Below, in pieces: positions 20,432 through 30,725 of a DNA stretch of 64,000 bases (positions are counted from its first letter, which is position 1; the number at the start of each line of letters is the position of its first letter). Origin of the DNA: Nitrosopumilus sp. (GTDB lineage Archaea > Thermoproteota > Nitrososphaeria > Nitrososphaerales > Nitrosopumilaceae); NCBI GenBank assembly GCA_965207075.1, contig CBDBLO010000002.1, positions 768,001-832,000 of the forward strand, read 5' to 3'. A program made the position numbers and the translations under genes. The notes below the pieces were generated by a model. It saw nothing but the letters and a program-made list of their open reading frames with translations. It was not told the DNA's origin and did not search any database.

Positions 20432-21893
20432 AGGTTCCGCTCAGGATATTCGGCGGCATGCCCGACACGTTGAGGCCCCGCTTCCTCCACGTCGGCACGC
20501 ACGTCACTATGTATGAGAACGTCCTGGCGCCCTCCAGGCTGGCGATCCTGAACCGGATCTTCCGGGCCATGTCCACCTTCCTCAGCATCCGCTCGGACTC
20601 GTTGTTGGTCGGGTCCACCCCCGGGCAGTTGACGAACGTGAACAGGAAGGGCGCGGCGTTGGCAGGCTTCGTGGCAAACGTTGCGCCCGCGGCGCGCAGG
20701 CCGAACCGCCGCGCGATGGCAGCGGCGGCCGCGGCCGCTTCCATGGGCCCCGTGCCCACCTCGGGGCCGCCGGGGCCGCGCCGCCCGAGCTTGGCGTCGC
20801 GGTACAGCCGTACCAGAGCCGTGCAGCGCGGCCAGCTCCGGGGCCGCTTCCCCGTGCTCCCTGGCCGGCGCGCCGGACTCGCGCAGTATGTGGGCCCGGC
20901 ACCGCTGCCTGGCGGCATACCCGGCATACCCGGAGTACCCGTCGCACGCCGGGGGCTTGTCGCGGTACGGCTCGACGCGGTCCATCACGACGCCTGCGCG
21001 CGACGGCGGGGCGTGCACGACAACGGAGTCCCCGCCAATGACGGCCCACACGTAGCCGCCCCCGCGCGGGAACCCGTACGTCGTCTCGTCGGCCTTGAGG
21101 TTCGGGGCCCCGCCCAGCGACCCCGCGATGCCGTCCCTCTCGGCCTGCAGCGCCCTGCCCGCGGCCGCCAGCGCGCCCTGCACCGCGGCCCTTCCGAGGT
21201 TTGTCCCGAAGGCGTCGTTCAGAATGTCCGCGATCCCGCTCGTGCTCACGTGCTTCTCCCACATCTGCACCGCCCTTGATACGCGGACGGGCCCGAGGGA
21301 CGTCCCCCTGACTGCAACCCCGACGCCGTCCTCGTACAGCGACGGGGCCTCCGTGGCGCGGCCGCACCCCCCGCACTTGCCGGGGACGTGGTGTACGGTC
21401 GGCGACGGCCTGCGGCCGCGCGAGACGCCCCTGCGCCCCGGCCTCCGCCCGGGCCTCTTGCAGTCCGCCGGGTCCTTCCTTGGGGCCGCCTTCTTCCGCC
21501 TCTCGGGGATGGGGCTGGCAGACGGCGGGCTGTGCTGGCTCTCGTAGCATGTGATGCGCCCGCCTCCCCCGCCCAGCTGCCCACTCGGCTGCCCGTTCTG
21601 CACCTTCAGCTGCCCAATCTCGATCCTCGTCTGCCCGTTCTGCACCTTCAGCTGCTCCGGGGCCGCATCCCTCTTTGACCCCCGCCGTGACCCGTGCGAG
21701 CTCGTCTCGCAGCAGCTTGACCCCGGAGGGGCTTGACACTGCGTCTGTGCGTTCCCAGTACGATAGATCTGATGATCTGGAAAGTCTGGCCTCGTGCTCA
21801 ACCCAACCAGTTACAGCAAAATGGGGGACAGGCGGGTTCTGGTCCGCACCTGCAATGGCGGCCCGCTCATACTGAAACCGCCGCAGCCGCATC

Positions 21894-24800
21894 CTACGAC
21901 TGGGTGGATAGCCTGACGAAGTTGGAGGCGCCCGACTCGCCGTGCCCGTTGATTGCGATTATCCTGAAGACGTAGACGGTCTCCGGGTCGAGGCCGGCGA
22001 CCGCGTAGGAGGTGCCCGGCGCGCCGGTGTCCTCGACCAGCACCGAGAGCCGGTCCTCGGTGGCCGGCGTCCTGGACATTATCTTGTAGCCGGTTATCGA
22101 GCCGTCACCGGGGTCGTCCCAGGTCAGGGTGATGGTCGCGTTGGCGGAGGTCGCCTGGAGGTTCCGGGGGGCGGCCGGCGGGCTGGCCGGGATGTCGTTT
22201 GTGGCGGCGACCGCCGCCGTGCCGGAAGACAGCCTGACGAAGTTGGAGGCGCCCGACTCGCCGTGCCCGTTGATTGCGATTATCCTGAAGACGTAGACGG
22301 TCTCCGGGTCGAGGCCGGCGACCGCGTAGGAGGTGCCCGGCGCGCCGGTGTCCTCGACCAGCACCGAGAGCCGGTCCTCGGTGGCCGGCGTCCTGGACAT
22401 TATCTTGTAGCCGGTTATCGAGCCGTCACCGGGGTCGTCCCAGGTCAGGGTGATGGTCGCGTTGGCGGAGGTCGCCTGGAGGTTCCGGGGGGCGGCCGGC
22501 GGGCTGGCCGGGATGTCGTTTGTGGCGGCGACCGCCGCCGTGCCGGAAGACAGCCTGACGAAGTTGGAGGCGCCCGACTCGCCGTGCCCGTTGATTGCGA
22601 TTATCCTGAAGACGTAGACGGTCTCCGGGTCGAGGCCGGCGACCGCGTAGGAGGTGCCCGGCGCGCCGGTGTCCTCGACCAGCACCGAGAGCCGGTCCTC
22701 GGTGGCCGGCGTCCTGGACATTATCTTGTAGCCGGTTATCGAGCCGTCACCGGGGTCGTCCCAGGTCAGGGTGATGGTCGCGTTGGCGGAGGTCGCCTGG
22801 AGGTTCCGGGGGGCGGCCGGCGGGCTGGCCGGGATGTCGTTTGTGGCGGCGACCGCCGCCGTGCCGGAAGACAGCCTGACGAAGTTGGAGGCGCCCGATT
22901 CGCCGTGCCCGTTGATTGCGATTATCCTGAAGACGTAGACGGTCTCCGGGTCGAGGCCGGCGACCGCGTAGGAGGTGCCCGGCGCGCCGGTGTCCTCGAC
23001 CAGCACCGAGAGCCGGTCCTCGGTGGCCGGCGTCCTGGACATTATCTTGTAGCCGGTTATCGAGCCGTCACCGGGGTCGTCCCAGGTCAGGGTGATGGTC
23101 GCGTTGGCGGAGGTCGCCTGGAGGTTCCGGGGGGCGGCCGGCGGGCTGGCCGGGATGTCGTTTGTGGCGGCGACCGCCGCCGTGCCGGAAGACAGCCTGA
23201 CGAAGTTGGAGGCGCCCGATTCGCCGTGCCCGTTGATTGCGATTATCCTGAAGACGTAGACGGTCTCCGGGTCGAGGCCGGCGACCGCGTAGGAGGTGCC
23301 CGGCGCGCCGGTGTCCTCGACCAGCACCGAGAGCCGGTCCTCGGTGGCCGGCGTCCTGGACATTATCTTGTAGCCGGTTATCGAGCCGTCACCGGGGTCG
23401 TCCCAGGTCAGGGTGATGGTCGCGTTGGCGGAGGTCGCCTGGAGGTTCCGGGGGGCGGCCGGCGGGCTGGCCGGGATGTCGGTTATGGTGACGACCGCCG
23501 TGTCGGAGGCGGAGGCGCCGTGTTGGTCGGTGGCCGTCAGCGTCAGGGAGACTGCGGCAGTCGAGTTGACCTGCGGGGCGGCAAAGCTGGTGGCCGGCGA
23601 GGTGGCGTTCTCAAGCTGTATGGCCGGGCCGGTGGCGTTGTGGGTCCACAGGTAGGCCAGGCCGTCGCCGTCCCGGTCGGTGGCGCCGCCCGACAGGGCG
23701 ACCGTCTCGCCCTCGTTGACGGACTGGTCGGGGCCCGCGTCGACTGACGGCGGGGAGTTGTAGCCGCGGACCGCGCCGAGGGCGGCCGCGTCCACCACGT
23801 ACGACTGGTCCTCGCCGGTGGGAGCGAGGGCGGCCAGCGGATTGCCCGCCAGGTCGGCCACGGCGCCGTACGGGGCGATGCCCAGGCCGTAGGTGCCGTT
23901 CCGGGCGGCCGAGACGGTCACGGTATACTCGCTGCCGCCGCCGGTCAGGCCGGTCACGGCGGCGCCGGCGTCGTCGTACCCGACCTCCAGTGTCCATTCG
24001 TTGAGGACTCCCGTATCGGCCTCCACAAGGTCGTGCACGCGCAGCGTCCAGTCTCCCGCGGTCCGGGCGCCGGCAAGGTCCGGCGCGTACGTGCCCGCGA
24101 TGCCGCCTGCGCCTGCGCCGGCTGGATCGTGCAGCAGCGCGGCCCTTCCGTCCGGCGAGATCAGATCGATCCTGAGATCGCTGGCGTAGGGGTGCGTTAC
24201 GTTCAGGCGGACCGAGACGGCCTTGGCGGGTCCGAGGTCGGGGACGCTGATCGCGTCGAGCACGGGGCTTCCGGCATCGTACTGCCTCGGATTGCCCGGG
24301 CCCTTCTGGTGCAGGGGCGGGATGGACGGGTGCGTGGAACGGCTGGCGTCCGGTATGGCGAGCGACGGCGCCGACGTCTGCGAGAACCGCCCGGGCGTGA
24401 CCGCGTCGCCGGACACGGCCAGAAAGTCGGCCATGTCCACGCCGGCGACCGGCTCGCTGAAGGACACGTCGAATGACAGCAGGCGGTCCGGGGCGGCCTG
24501 CGCCGCCCCGCCGCTCCGCGTGAAGGACTTGACGGTCGGGGGGCCGGTGAGCACCGTGTACGACTGGTCCTCGCCGGCGGGGGCGGTCCCGGCCAGCCGG
24601 TTGCCCTCCGGGTCGGCTATGCCGTTGTCCGGGGCGACGTCCAGGCCGTAGGTGCCGTCCCGGGCGGCCGAGACGGCCACGGCGTACTCGCTGCCGCCGC
24701 CGGTCAGGCCGGTCACGGCGGCGCCGGTGTCGTTGTAGGAGACCGTGACGGTCCACCCGTTCAGCACGCCCGAGTCCTGCCGGTCAAGGTCGCGCACGTG

Positions 24801-27800
24801 GAGCGTCCAGTCGCCTGCCGCCTCCACGCCGGCAAAGTCCGGCTCGTACGTCCGGCGCAGGTCCTGGCCCGCCGCGCCCGCGCGGTCGTGCAGCGCCCTG
24901 GAGGTTCCGTCCGGCGAGACCAGGCTCACCCTGAGATCGCCTATGAACGAGTGCGTTATGTCGAGGTCGACGGATACGGAGGCGACTGCGCCCGGGCGCC
25001 CAACCGCGACGGCGTCGCGGATCGTCGTCCCGAACGGTATGGGCGCAGACGGCGTGCTGGAATAGGCGGATCTCTCGTATTCGAGCGGCTCCTCGAGGAC
25101 CGGCACAAAGTCGCCCCGGTCCACCCCGGTGACCGGCCTGCTGAAGTTGACGTGGAACACCACGTCCCCGCTGCCGGTGATCCGGCCCTCGGGGGATCCC
25201 TTGGTGATGGACTCCACGGCGGCGGCGGGTGCCTCCGGTTCGTCGGCGGCGACCTCGATGGCCAGGTCGGCGGTGGCGGCGGCAATCCCGCTGCCGCCGA
25301 CGCCGTAGACCGCGCCCCGTCCGATGTCCAGCTGCGGGGACGCCATCAGGGCAAGGTCGGCCCGCTGCCGGGCGGAGAGCGTGGCCGTGACGGTCGGGCC
25401 CGAGGATCCCCCGGGCAGGGCCCCGTCCAGCGCGATGCCCCCCTCGGACCGGCCGGCGTCCCTGATGTGGAGGCGGTCGTAGTGGACGGTCCCGTTGAGC
25501 GGCTCGCTGAAGGTGATGGACAGCCGTCCGGTCGCGGCCGAGTATGCGGCCGAGGAGAACTTTGGCCCTCCGGCCGACCCTCCCGCCCCCTCGAAGGCCA
25601 CCTCGAGCACGTTGGAGGCGGTGTTGGCGTTGCCGGCCGGGTCGGAGACGAGGCCGGCCGGTATCCGGGCGGCGACCAGGCCGTCGCCGGCCGGGGTCAG
25701 CGTGAAGGCGAAGGTGAGGTTGCCCGAGACGTGCCGCAGGCCCGAGGCGGTGCCGCCGGTGACGGACACGTCGTCGCCCAGGTCGAAGGTGGCCGCGTCG
25801 ATGGCCTCGCCGAAGTCGACGTCCACCCGGACGGAGCCGGCGCTGGTCGGGGAGGGGGAGGCGGTGCTCAGCGACGGCGCCGGCCCTGTCGTGTCACGGA
25901 CGGCTATCGGGTTGCCGGCCGAGGCCGCTATCGGGTTGCCGGAGGCGTCGGAGACGGCGCCCGCGTCGATGTCCAGCTGCGGCGCCGCCAGGTCCGCGAG
26001 GGATGCGCGCTGCGGGCCGGTGAGGGTGACGGCCAGGGAGCGGCCGTCGACTGACGGGGCGGCCCCGGCCAGGGTCACGCCGCCGCTGCCGCCGGACCGG
26101 CCGGCGTCCCTGATGTGGAGGCGGTCTAGGTGGACGGTCCCGTTGAGCGGCTCGCTGAAGGCGATCGCCAGCGTGCCGTTGGCCGCGTGGTATGCGGCCC
26201 AGAGCGGGGCGGGCGGGGACGAGTCGCCCCCCACGGTGACCAGGACGGTCCGTGAGTGGGTCGCGGCGCCGGCCCCCTCCCCCAGGACGCCCCTGGCGGT
26301 GATGGTGACGTTGTAGCTGCCCGGCGCGGGGTCCAGGCCGGCCTTGACTGCCAGCGCCCCGTCGGCCACCACGAAGAGGCCGCCGCCCTCCGCGGACTCG
26401 TCCACCGCGTAGGCGGGGCCCCGGCCGTCCAGCCAGGCGTTCTGCGCCCGTATGGGCAGCGCGTCGCCGGCGGCCGAGATGGTTGTGTCGTCCAGCACTA
26501 TGTACCAGCCGCCCAGGTTCCGGGCGAAGCTGCCGGCTACAAGGAGCATCTCGGACATGTCGGCGGCCGCCGAGACGTTCCATCCGGATATGTCGCCGTT
26601 GAAGGCGCCGGCGCCGCTGAACATCCGGCTCATGTCCGTCACCGAGGAGACGTCCCAGTCCGAGAGGCTGCCGTTGAACTGGGAGGCGAACCTGAACATC
26701 CCGGACGCGTCCGTCACGGCGGACAGGTCGGGGGCGTCGGTCGCCCTGTACACCATGTTTGACGCGCCGGCAAACGCGCCGCTCATCGACCTCCACCTGA
26801 TGTCGCCCCACTGCTCTATCGACTTGAGCTTTAGCGCGTTGGCGGGATGGTGTGGCAGGTGGATGCTGGCAAGGTCCCCGTATATGCTGACGGTGTAGGT
26901 CCCGGGCGACTCGTACACGTGCGAACTGTCCCCGGAGACGTCGGTGTCGACGCTGGCGTCGCCCCAGGTGACCGTGTAGGTGCCCGCGGCGTCCCCCACC
27001 GTGATTACCACGTACTCGTCGTCTCCGGTCGTCTGCCAGGTGGTGACGAACGCGGCGTCGGGCGCGGTGCCGGCCGGGGCGGCCGTGACGGTGAGGGCCA
27101 GCAGGTTTGACGCGGTGTTGCTGTTGCCCGCCGGGTCCAGCACGGCGCCCTCGGGGATGGAGACCGTCAGGTTGCCCGCCGCCAGCCCGTACACCTCGAA
27201 GGTGAACTCCCTGGCGGTGCCCGCAGCCGGCGCGGGGGCCGACACAGTCCCGCCCGACGCCGACACGTCCGAGCTGCCGAACGTGGCCGCGTCCACCGGC
27301 TCGCCAAAGTCCACCGAGAAGGCGACGCGGTCGGCGCTGGTCGGGGACGGCTCGGCGGTGGAGATCGAGGGGGACGGGCGGGTCCGCTCCACGAGCATCA
27401 CGTACGGGTCCGACGCGGTGTTGCTGTTGCCCGCCGGGTCCAGCACGGCGCCCTCGGGGATGGAGACCGTCAGGTTGCCCGCCGCCAGCCCGTACACCTC
27501 GAAGGTGAACTCCCTGGCGGTGCCCGCAGCCGGCGCGGGGGCCGACACCGTCCCGCCCGACGCCGACACGTCCGAGCTGCCGAACGTGGCCGCGTCCACC
27601 GGCTCGCCAAAGTCCACCGAGAAGGCGACGCGGTCGGCGCTGGTCGGGGACGGCTCGGCGGTGGAGATCGAGGGGGACGGGCGGGGCCGCTCCACGAGCA
27701 TCACGTACGGGTCCGACGCGGTGTTGCTGTTGCCCGCCGGGTCCAGCACGGCGCCCTCGGGGATGGAGACCGTCAGGTTGCCCGCCGCCAGCCCGTACAC

Positions 27801-30293
27801 CTCGAAGGTGAACTCCCTGGCGGTGCCCGCAGCCGGCGCGGGGGCCGACACAGTCCCGCCCGACGCCGACACGTCCGAGCTGCCGAACGTGGCCGCGTCC
27901 ACCGGCTCGCCAAAGTCCACCGAGAAGGCGACGCGGTCGGCGCTGGTCGGGGACGGCTCGGCGGTGGAGATCGAGGGGGACGGGCGGGTCCGCTCCACGA
28001 GCATCACGTACGGGTCCGACGCGGTGTTGCTGTTGCCCGCCGGGTCCAGCACGGCGCCCTCGGGGATGGAGACCGTCAGGTTGCCCTCGGCCAGCCCGTA
28101 CACCTCGAAGGTGAACTCCCTGGCGGTGCCCGCAGCCGGCGCGGGGGCCGACACCGTCCCGCCCGACGCCGACACGTCCGAGCTGCCGAACGTGGCCGCG
28201 TCCACCGGCTCGCCAAAGTCCACCGAGAAGGCGACGCGGTCGGCGCTGGTCGGGGACGGCTCGGCGGTGGAGATCGAGGGGGCGGGCCTGTCTATGTCCA
28301 CGGCGTCGAGCGGAAGGGTGCTTGCCAGGGCGTAGTCCTGCTCGGAGTGGAGCGGCGTGTCGATGCCGGATCCCGTCACCGCCACCGTGCACGTTCCGGC
28401 CTCGGCCGGCATGAACACCGCAAACTCGTTGGACTGGTAGGCCGACTGCGCCGATATCGTGTCCATCCCGGGGCAGTCCACGTCGAACCCCAAGTCCGCA
28501 AAGTACTGCTCCCCGCGCGGGTGCGGAAAGGGCTCGTATGACGGGTCGAGGGACAGCCCCACCGTTACGGCGTTCAGATCCTGATAGTCCAGATCCCCCC
28601 CGGTCCCGTAGAACGGGTCGACGGTCCACGACAGTATTATCTTGACCGGCCTTCCGGCGTCCGTTACCTCAAAGATGTACCCGTCCACGTCCCCGTCCGA
28701 GTCGAGGCTGTCCTCCACAAGATGGCGGCCCGACGCCTGGGTTATGTAGTCCAGGGTGCTGCCCACGTCGAGTATCCCGAAGCCGACGTTGTTTATGATC
28801 TCAAGCGAGCCGGCTCCGTTGGCCTCGGCGGAGCCGCCCGGCTGCCTCCCGTGGGAGCAGTTGTCCGCGGCGTCGTCCCGCTCGTACTGCACGGACGTGC
28901 ACGGCACCGGTCCGGTCCAGTTGGCCCCGAGCAGTATGGCGACCTTGACGGCGGCCGGCTCCATCTCCCTCTCCTGCAGCGCCAGCGCGGCGGCCGCGCT
29001 GACCGCCGGGGCCGAAAAGCTGGTCCCCCTGGCGGTGACGGCGGTATCGTTTGCCGTGTACCCGGGTATCTGCAGGACCGCGGGCGCCACGATCTCCGGC
29101 TTGAGCACCGGATGGGCGACCCCGTCAACGAGGTGGATGGCGGGGCCCCGGCCCGAGTTGGCATACATCTCGACGCTGCCGGGGCTGCGGTCGTCTATCC
29201 CGCCCACCGTGATGACGTTGTGCGTGCACCCCCACTCGTTTATCGACTGGTAGACCGGGACTGGCGCCCTGCCCCCGTTGTAGCTGCCGTCGTTTCCGGC
29301 CGACACGACGACGACCATCCCGTTGTCGACGGCCTCCCCGGTGATCAGCTGGCGCGTCTCCCCAAACCCGCCGTCGCGGCACTTTCCGGTACCCTGGCTC
29401 AGGTTCGACACGTCCGCGCCGTCGCGGAGGAGCGACGCAAGGGCGTGCGCTATTGAGGGATCGCCCGCGGTCGGCCGGTTGCGCATGACCTGGGCGTCCA
29501 GGATGCCTACCCCCGGGGCGATTCCGTTGTGTCCGGAAAGCCCCGACCCGGCGATCACCAGCGCAACCAGCGTCCCGTGGGAGGCCTCGGGGCCGCCCGG
29601 ATCGGGCCCGTACACGTCCTCCGCCGAGGCCGTCCTGCAGACGAGATCGTCGCACCGGGTGCGGTCGATTATCTTGCCGTTTACTCCCTGGGGGTGGTTC
29701 ACGCCGTCGTCCACTATCCCCACCGTTATGCCGGAGCCGTCTGCGACAGTTCCGTTGGGCCTGCGCAGATCGTCGTCGTCGGCGCCTATCGTTCTCCGCA
29801 TGGTGTCTATCGCCGGATGCGACGCCGCGTCCCCGTCGCCCAGGCGGTACACCTGGCCGCGCTCGGACAGCTCCAGGATGCCGCCCGCGGGGATGGACGC
29901 GGTGACAAGGGAGAGCGTCTCTGCCGCCTCGATGTTGCGCGCGCCGGCCTGTCTTAGCATCTCCACCACCGCGCCCTTGTTCTCGCCTGAGACGTCCCTG
30001 CCGTCGCCGCCGTACTTGGCGACGACCACCACGGTGTTCTGATAGATGGGCTCCGGCTGCCAGCGTCCCGCCTCTGCCCGGCCTGCCAGGCCCGCCACCT
30101 TCCCGTAGAAGCCGTCGTCGAACTTGGCGGGGTCGCCGGCGCCTCCCTGCGGGTGGTACGCCGGGGCGCCGGGGCCCGGGGGAATTCCGGCTGTCGGCGC
30201 CGGCGCGTCATGCTCCCCAAGAGGCGACTGCGCGGCGAGCGCGGCCAGGGAGGCAAGGGCGACCGCGGCGACGTACGCGCCCCGGATCACCAC
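21894..30293 (-). CDS. giant secreted S8 (subtilisin-like) serine protease with Ig-like, DUF285/BspA-like, P-domain, PKD and FN3 modules
   Basis: catalytic motifs VGIVDDGV, HGTLVA, SAGND, GTSFSAP; N-terminal hydrophobic signal; 2799 aa. Confidence 0.93.
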   Translation of the reverse strand: MVIRGAYVAAVALASLAALAAQSPLGEHDAPAPTAGIPPGPGAPAYHPQGGAGDPAKFDDGFYGKVAGLAGRAEAGRWQPEPIYQNTVVVVAKYGGDGRDVSGENKGAVVEMLRQAGARNIEAAETLSLVTASIPAGGILELSERGQVYRLGDGDAASHPAIDTMRRTIGADDDDLRRPNGTVADGSGITVGIVDDGVNHPQGVNGKIIDRTRCDDLVCRTASAEDVYGPDPGGPEASHGTLVALVIAGSGLSGHNGIAPGVGILDAQVMRNRPTAGDPSIAHALASLLRDGADVSNLSQGTGKCRDGGFGETRQLITGEAVDNGMVVVVSAGNDGSYNGGRAPVPVYQSINEWGCTHNVITVGGIDDRSPGSVEMYANSGRGPAIHLVDGVAHPVLKPEIVAPAVLQIPGYTANDTAVTARGTSFSAPAVSAAAALALQEREMEPAAVKVAILLGANWTGPVPCTSVQYERDDAADNCSHGRQPGGSAEANGAGSLEIINNVGFGILDVGSTLDYITQASGRHLVEDSLDSDGDVDGYIFEVTDAGRPVKIILSWTVDPFYGTGGDLDYQDLNAVTVGLSLDPSYEPFPHPRGEQYFADLGFDVDCPGMDTISAQSAYQSNEFAVFMPAEAGTCTVAVTGSGIDTPLHSEQDYALASTLPLDAVDIDRPAPSISTAEPSPTSADRVAFSVDFGEPVDAATFGSSDVSASGGTVSAPAPAAGTAREFTFEVYGLAEGNLTVSIPEGAVLDPAGNSNTASDPYVMLVERTRPSPSISTAEPSPTSADRVAFSVDFGEPVDAATFGSSDVSASGGTVSAPAPAAGTAREFTFEVYGLAAGNLTVSIPEGAVLDPAGNSNTASDPYVMLVERPRPSPSISTAEPSPTSADRVAFSVDFGEPVDAATFGSSDVSASGGTVSAPAPAAGTAREFTFEVYGLAAGNLTVSIPEGAVLDPAGNSNTASDPYVMLVERTRPSPSISTAEPSPTSADRVAFSVDFGEPVDAATFGSSDVSASGGTVSAPAPAAGTAREFTFEVYGLAAGNLTVSIPEGAVLDPAGNSNTASNLLALTVTAAPAGTAPDAAFVTTWQTTGDDEYVVITVGDAAGTYTVTWGDASVDTDVSGDSSHVYESPGTYTVSIYGDLASIHLPHHPANALKLKSIEQWGDIRWRSMSGAFAGASNMVYRATDAPDLSAVTDASGMFRFASQFNGSLSDWDVSSVTDMSRMFSGAGAFNGDISGWNVSAAADMSEMLLVAGSFARNLGGWYIVLDDTTISAAGDALPIRAQNAWLDGRGPAYAVDESAEGGGLFVVADGALAVKAGLDPAPGSYNVTITARGVLGEGAGAATHSRTVLVTVGGDSSPPAPLWAAYHAANGTLAIAFSEPLNGTVHLDRLHIRDAGRSGGSGGVTLAGAAPSVDGRSLAVTLTGPQRASLADLAAPQLDIDAGAVSDASGNPIAASAGNPIAVRDTTGPAPSLSTASPSPTSAGSVRVDVDFGEAIDAATFDLGDDVSVTGGTASGLRHVSGNLTFAFTLTPAGDGLVAARIPAGLVSDPAGNANTASNVLEVAFEGAGGSAGGPKFSSAAYSAATGRLSITFSEPLNGTVHYDRLHIRDAGRSEGGIALDGALPGGSSGPTVTATLSARQRADLALMASPQLDIGRGAVYGVGGSGIAAATADLAIEVAADEPEAPAAAVESITKGSPEGRITGSGDVVFHVNFSRPVTGVDRGDFVPVLEEPLEYERSAYSSTPSAPIPFGTTIRDAVAVGRPGAVASVSVDLDITHSFIGDLRVSLVSPDGTSRALHDRAGAAGQDLRRTYEPDFAGVEAAGDWTLHVRDLDRQDSGVLNGWTVTVSYNDTGAAVTGLTGGGSEYAVAVSAARDGTYGLDVAPDNGIADPEGNRLAGTAPAGEDQSYTVLTGPPTVKSFTRSGGAAQAAPDRLLSFDVSFSEPVAGVDMADFLAVSGDAVTPGRFSQTSAPSLAIPDASRSTHPSIPPLHQKGPGNPRQYDAGSPVLDAISVPDLGPAKAVSVRLNVTHPYASDLRIDLISPDGRAALLHDPAGAGAGGIAGTYAPDLAGARTAGDWTLRVHDLVEADTGVLNEWTLEVGYDDAGAAVTGLTGGGSEYTVTVSAARNGTYGLGIAPYGAVADLAGNPLAALAPTGEDQSYVVDAAALGAVRGYNSPPSVDAGPDQSVNEGETVALSGGATDRDGDGLAYLWTHNATGPAIQLENATSPATSFAAPQVNSTAAVSLTLTATDQHGASASDTAVVTITDIPASPPAAPRNLQATSANATITLTWDDPGDGSITGYKIMSRTPATEDRLSVLVEDTGAPGTSYAVAGLDPETVYVFRIIAINGHGESGASNFVRLSSGTAAVAATNDIPASPPAAPRNLQATSANATITLTWDDPGDGSITGYKIMSRTPATEDRLSVLVEDTGAPGTSYAVAGLDPETVYVFRIIAINGHGESGASNFVRLSSGTAAVAATNDIPASPPAAPRNLQATSANATITLTWDDPGDGSITGYKIMSRTPATEDRLSVLVEDTGAPGTSYAVAGLDPETVYVFRIIAINGHGESGASNFVRLSSGTAAVAATNDIPASPPAAPRNLQATSANATITLTWDDPGDGSITGYKIMSRTPATEDRLSVLVEDTGAPGTSYAVAGLDPETVYVFRIIAINGHGESGASNFVRLSSGTAAVAATNDIPASPPAAPRNLQATSANATITLTWDDPGDGSITGYKIMSRTPATEDRLSVLVEDTGAPGTSYAVAGLDPETVYVFRIIAINGHGESGASNFVRLSTQS
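21910..23480 (-). repeat. five near-identical 321-bp tandem repeats encoding fibronectin type III domains
   Basis: PAAPRNLQA...TLTWDDP...ITGYKI...GLDPETVYVFRIIAIN; unit spacing 21911, 22232, 22553. Confidence 0.92.
27110..28290 (-). repeat. four near-identical 303-bp tandem repeats encoding Ig-like domains
   Basis: FSVDFGEPV...DPAGNSNTAS unit, spacing 27361 to 27664. Confidence 0.9.
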
Positions 30294-30598
30294 CGGCCAC
30301 CCTCCGGACGCCGGGACGCGCGCCCCGGGCGCGGGCCAGTCGCGGGCGGTGCCGCGATGCCGCCCGCCTGCGCCGCTGGGCGCGCAAGCCCGGCTCCGCC
30401 CGCCCCGGCGCAGGGTCCGGCGTCTCCGCCCCCCTGATCTGCGTTACCGCCGGGCATGCCGGTCGGAGGCCGCGCCGCCGCGCCCTGCCCGGCGGGGGCG
30501 GATTCCGGCCCGCGCGCGCCTTGCCGCCGCCCGGCCGCCCGGAGCGCCGGGACGGTTACGGCCAGGGCGGTGGTGCGCGCCCCTCCCCGTGTGCCAAA

Positions 30599-30703
30599 GT
30601 GACTGCCCAAGATACCCTGAGTTCTCTTTTGGTTGGTATTTTAGCTTTTTATGAGAGGGCGTGACTGCCCAACCCCCCCCCACTCCAGCCCGGCCGTGAC
30701 TGC
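30599..30703. promoter_or_regulatory. direct repeats around the AT-rich putative promoter of the protease gene
   Basis: GTGACTGCCCAA at 30599 and 30661, partial GTGACTGC at 30696, bracketing an AT-rich patch in otherwise very GC-rich DNA. Confidence 0.45.
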
Positions 30704-30725
30704 GGCCGCTCAACGGGCCCCTGTG

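Larger units (their letters stand above)
19010..21814 (-). mobile_element. IS66-family element, copy 2 (pseudogenised, interrupted by an IS110-family element)
   Basis: ends GTAACTGGTT (19010) / AACCAGTTAC (21805-21814); ADETT, GYVW, CDGYSGY, QRCRAHILRE, PTNNESERMLR motifs across frameshifts. Confidence 0.88.

Noticed and set aside
21942-28629. Long alternative-frame ORFs (601 aa, 911 aa, 451 aa; also 42706..44523)
   Set aside because: Shadow frames of GC3-rich repetitive genes, R/G/P- or S/T-rich with no recognisable motifs
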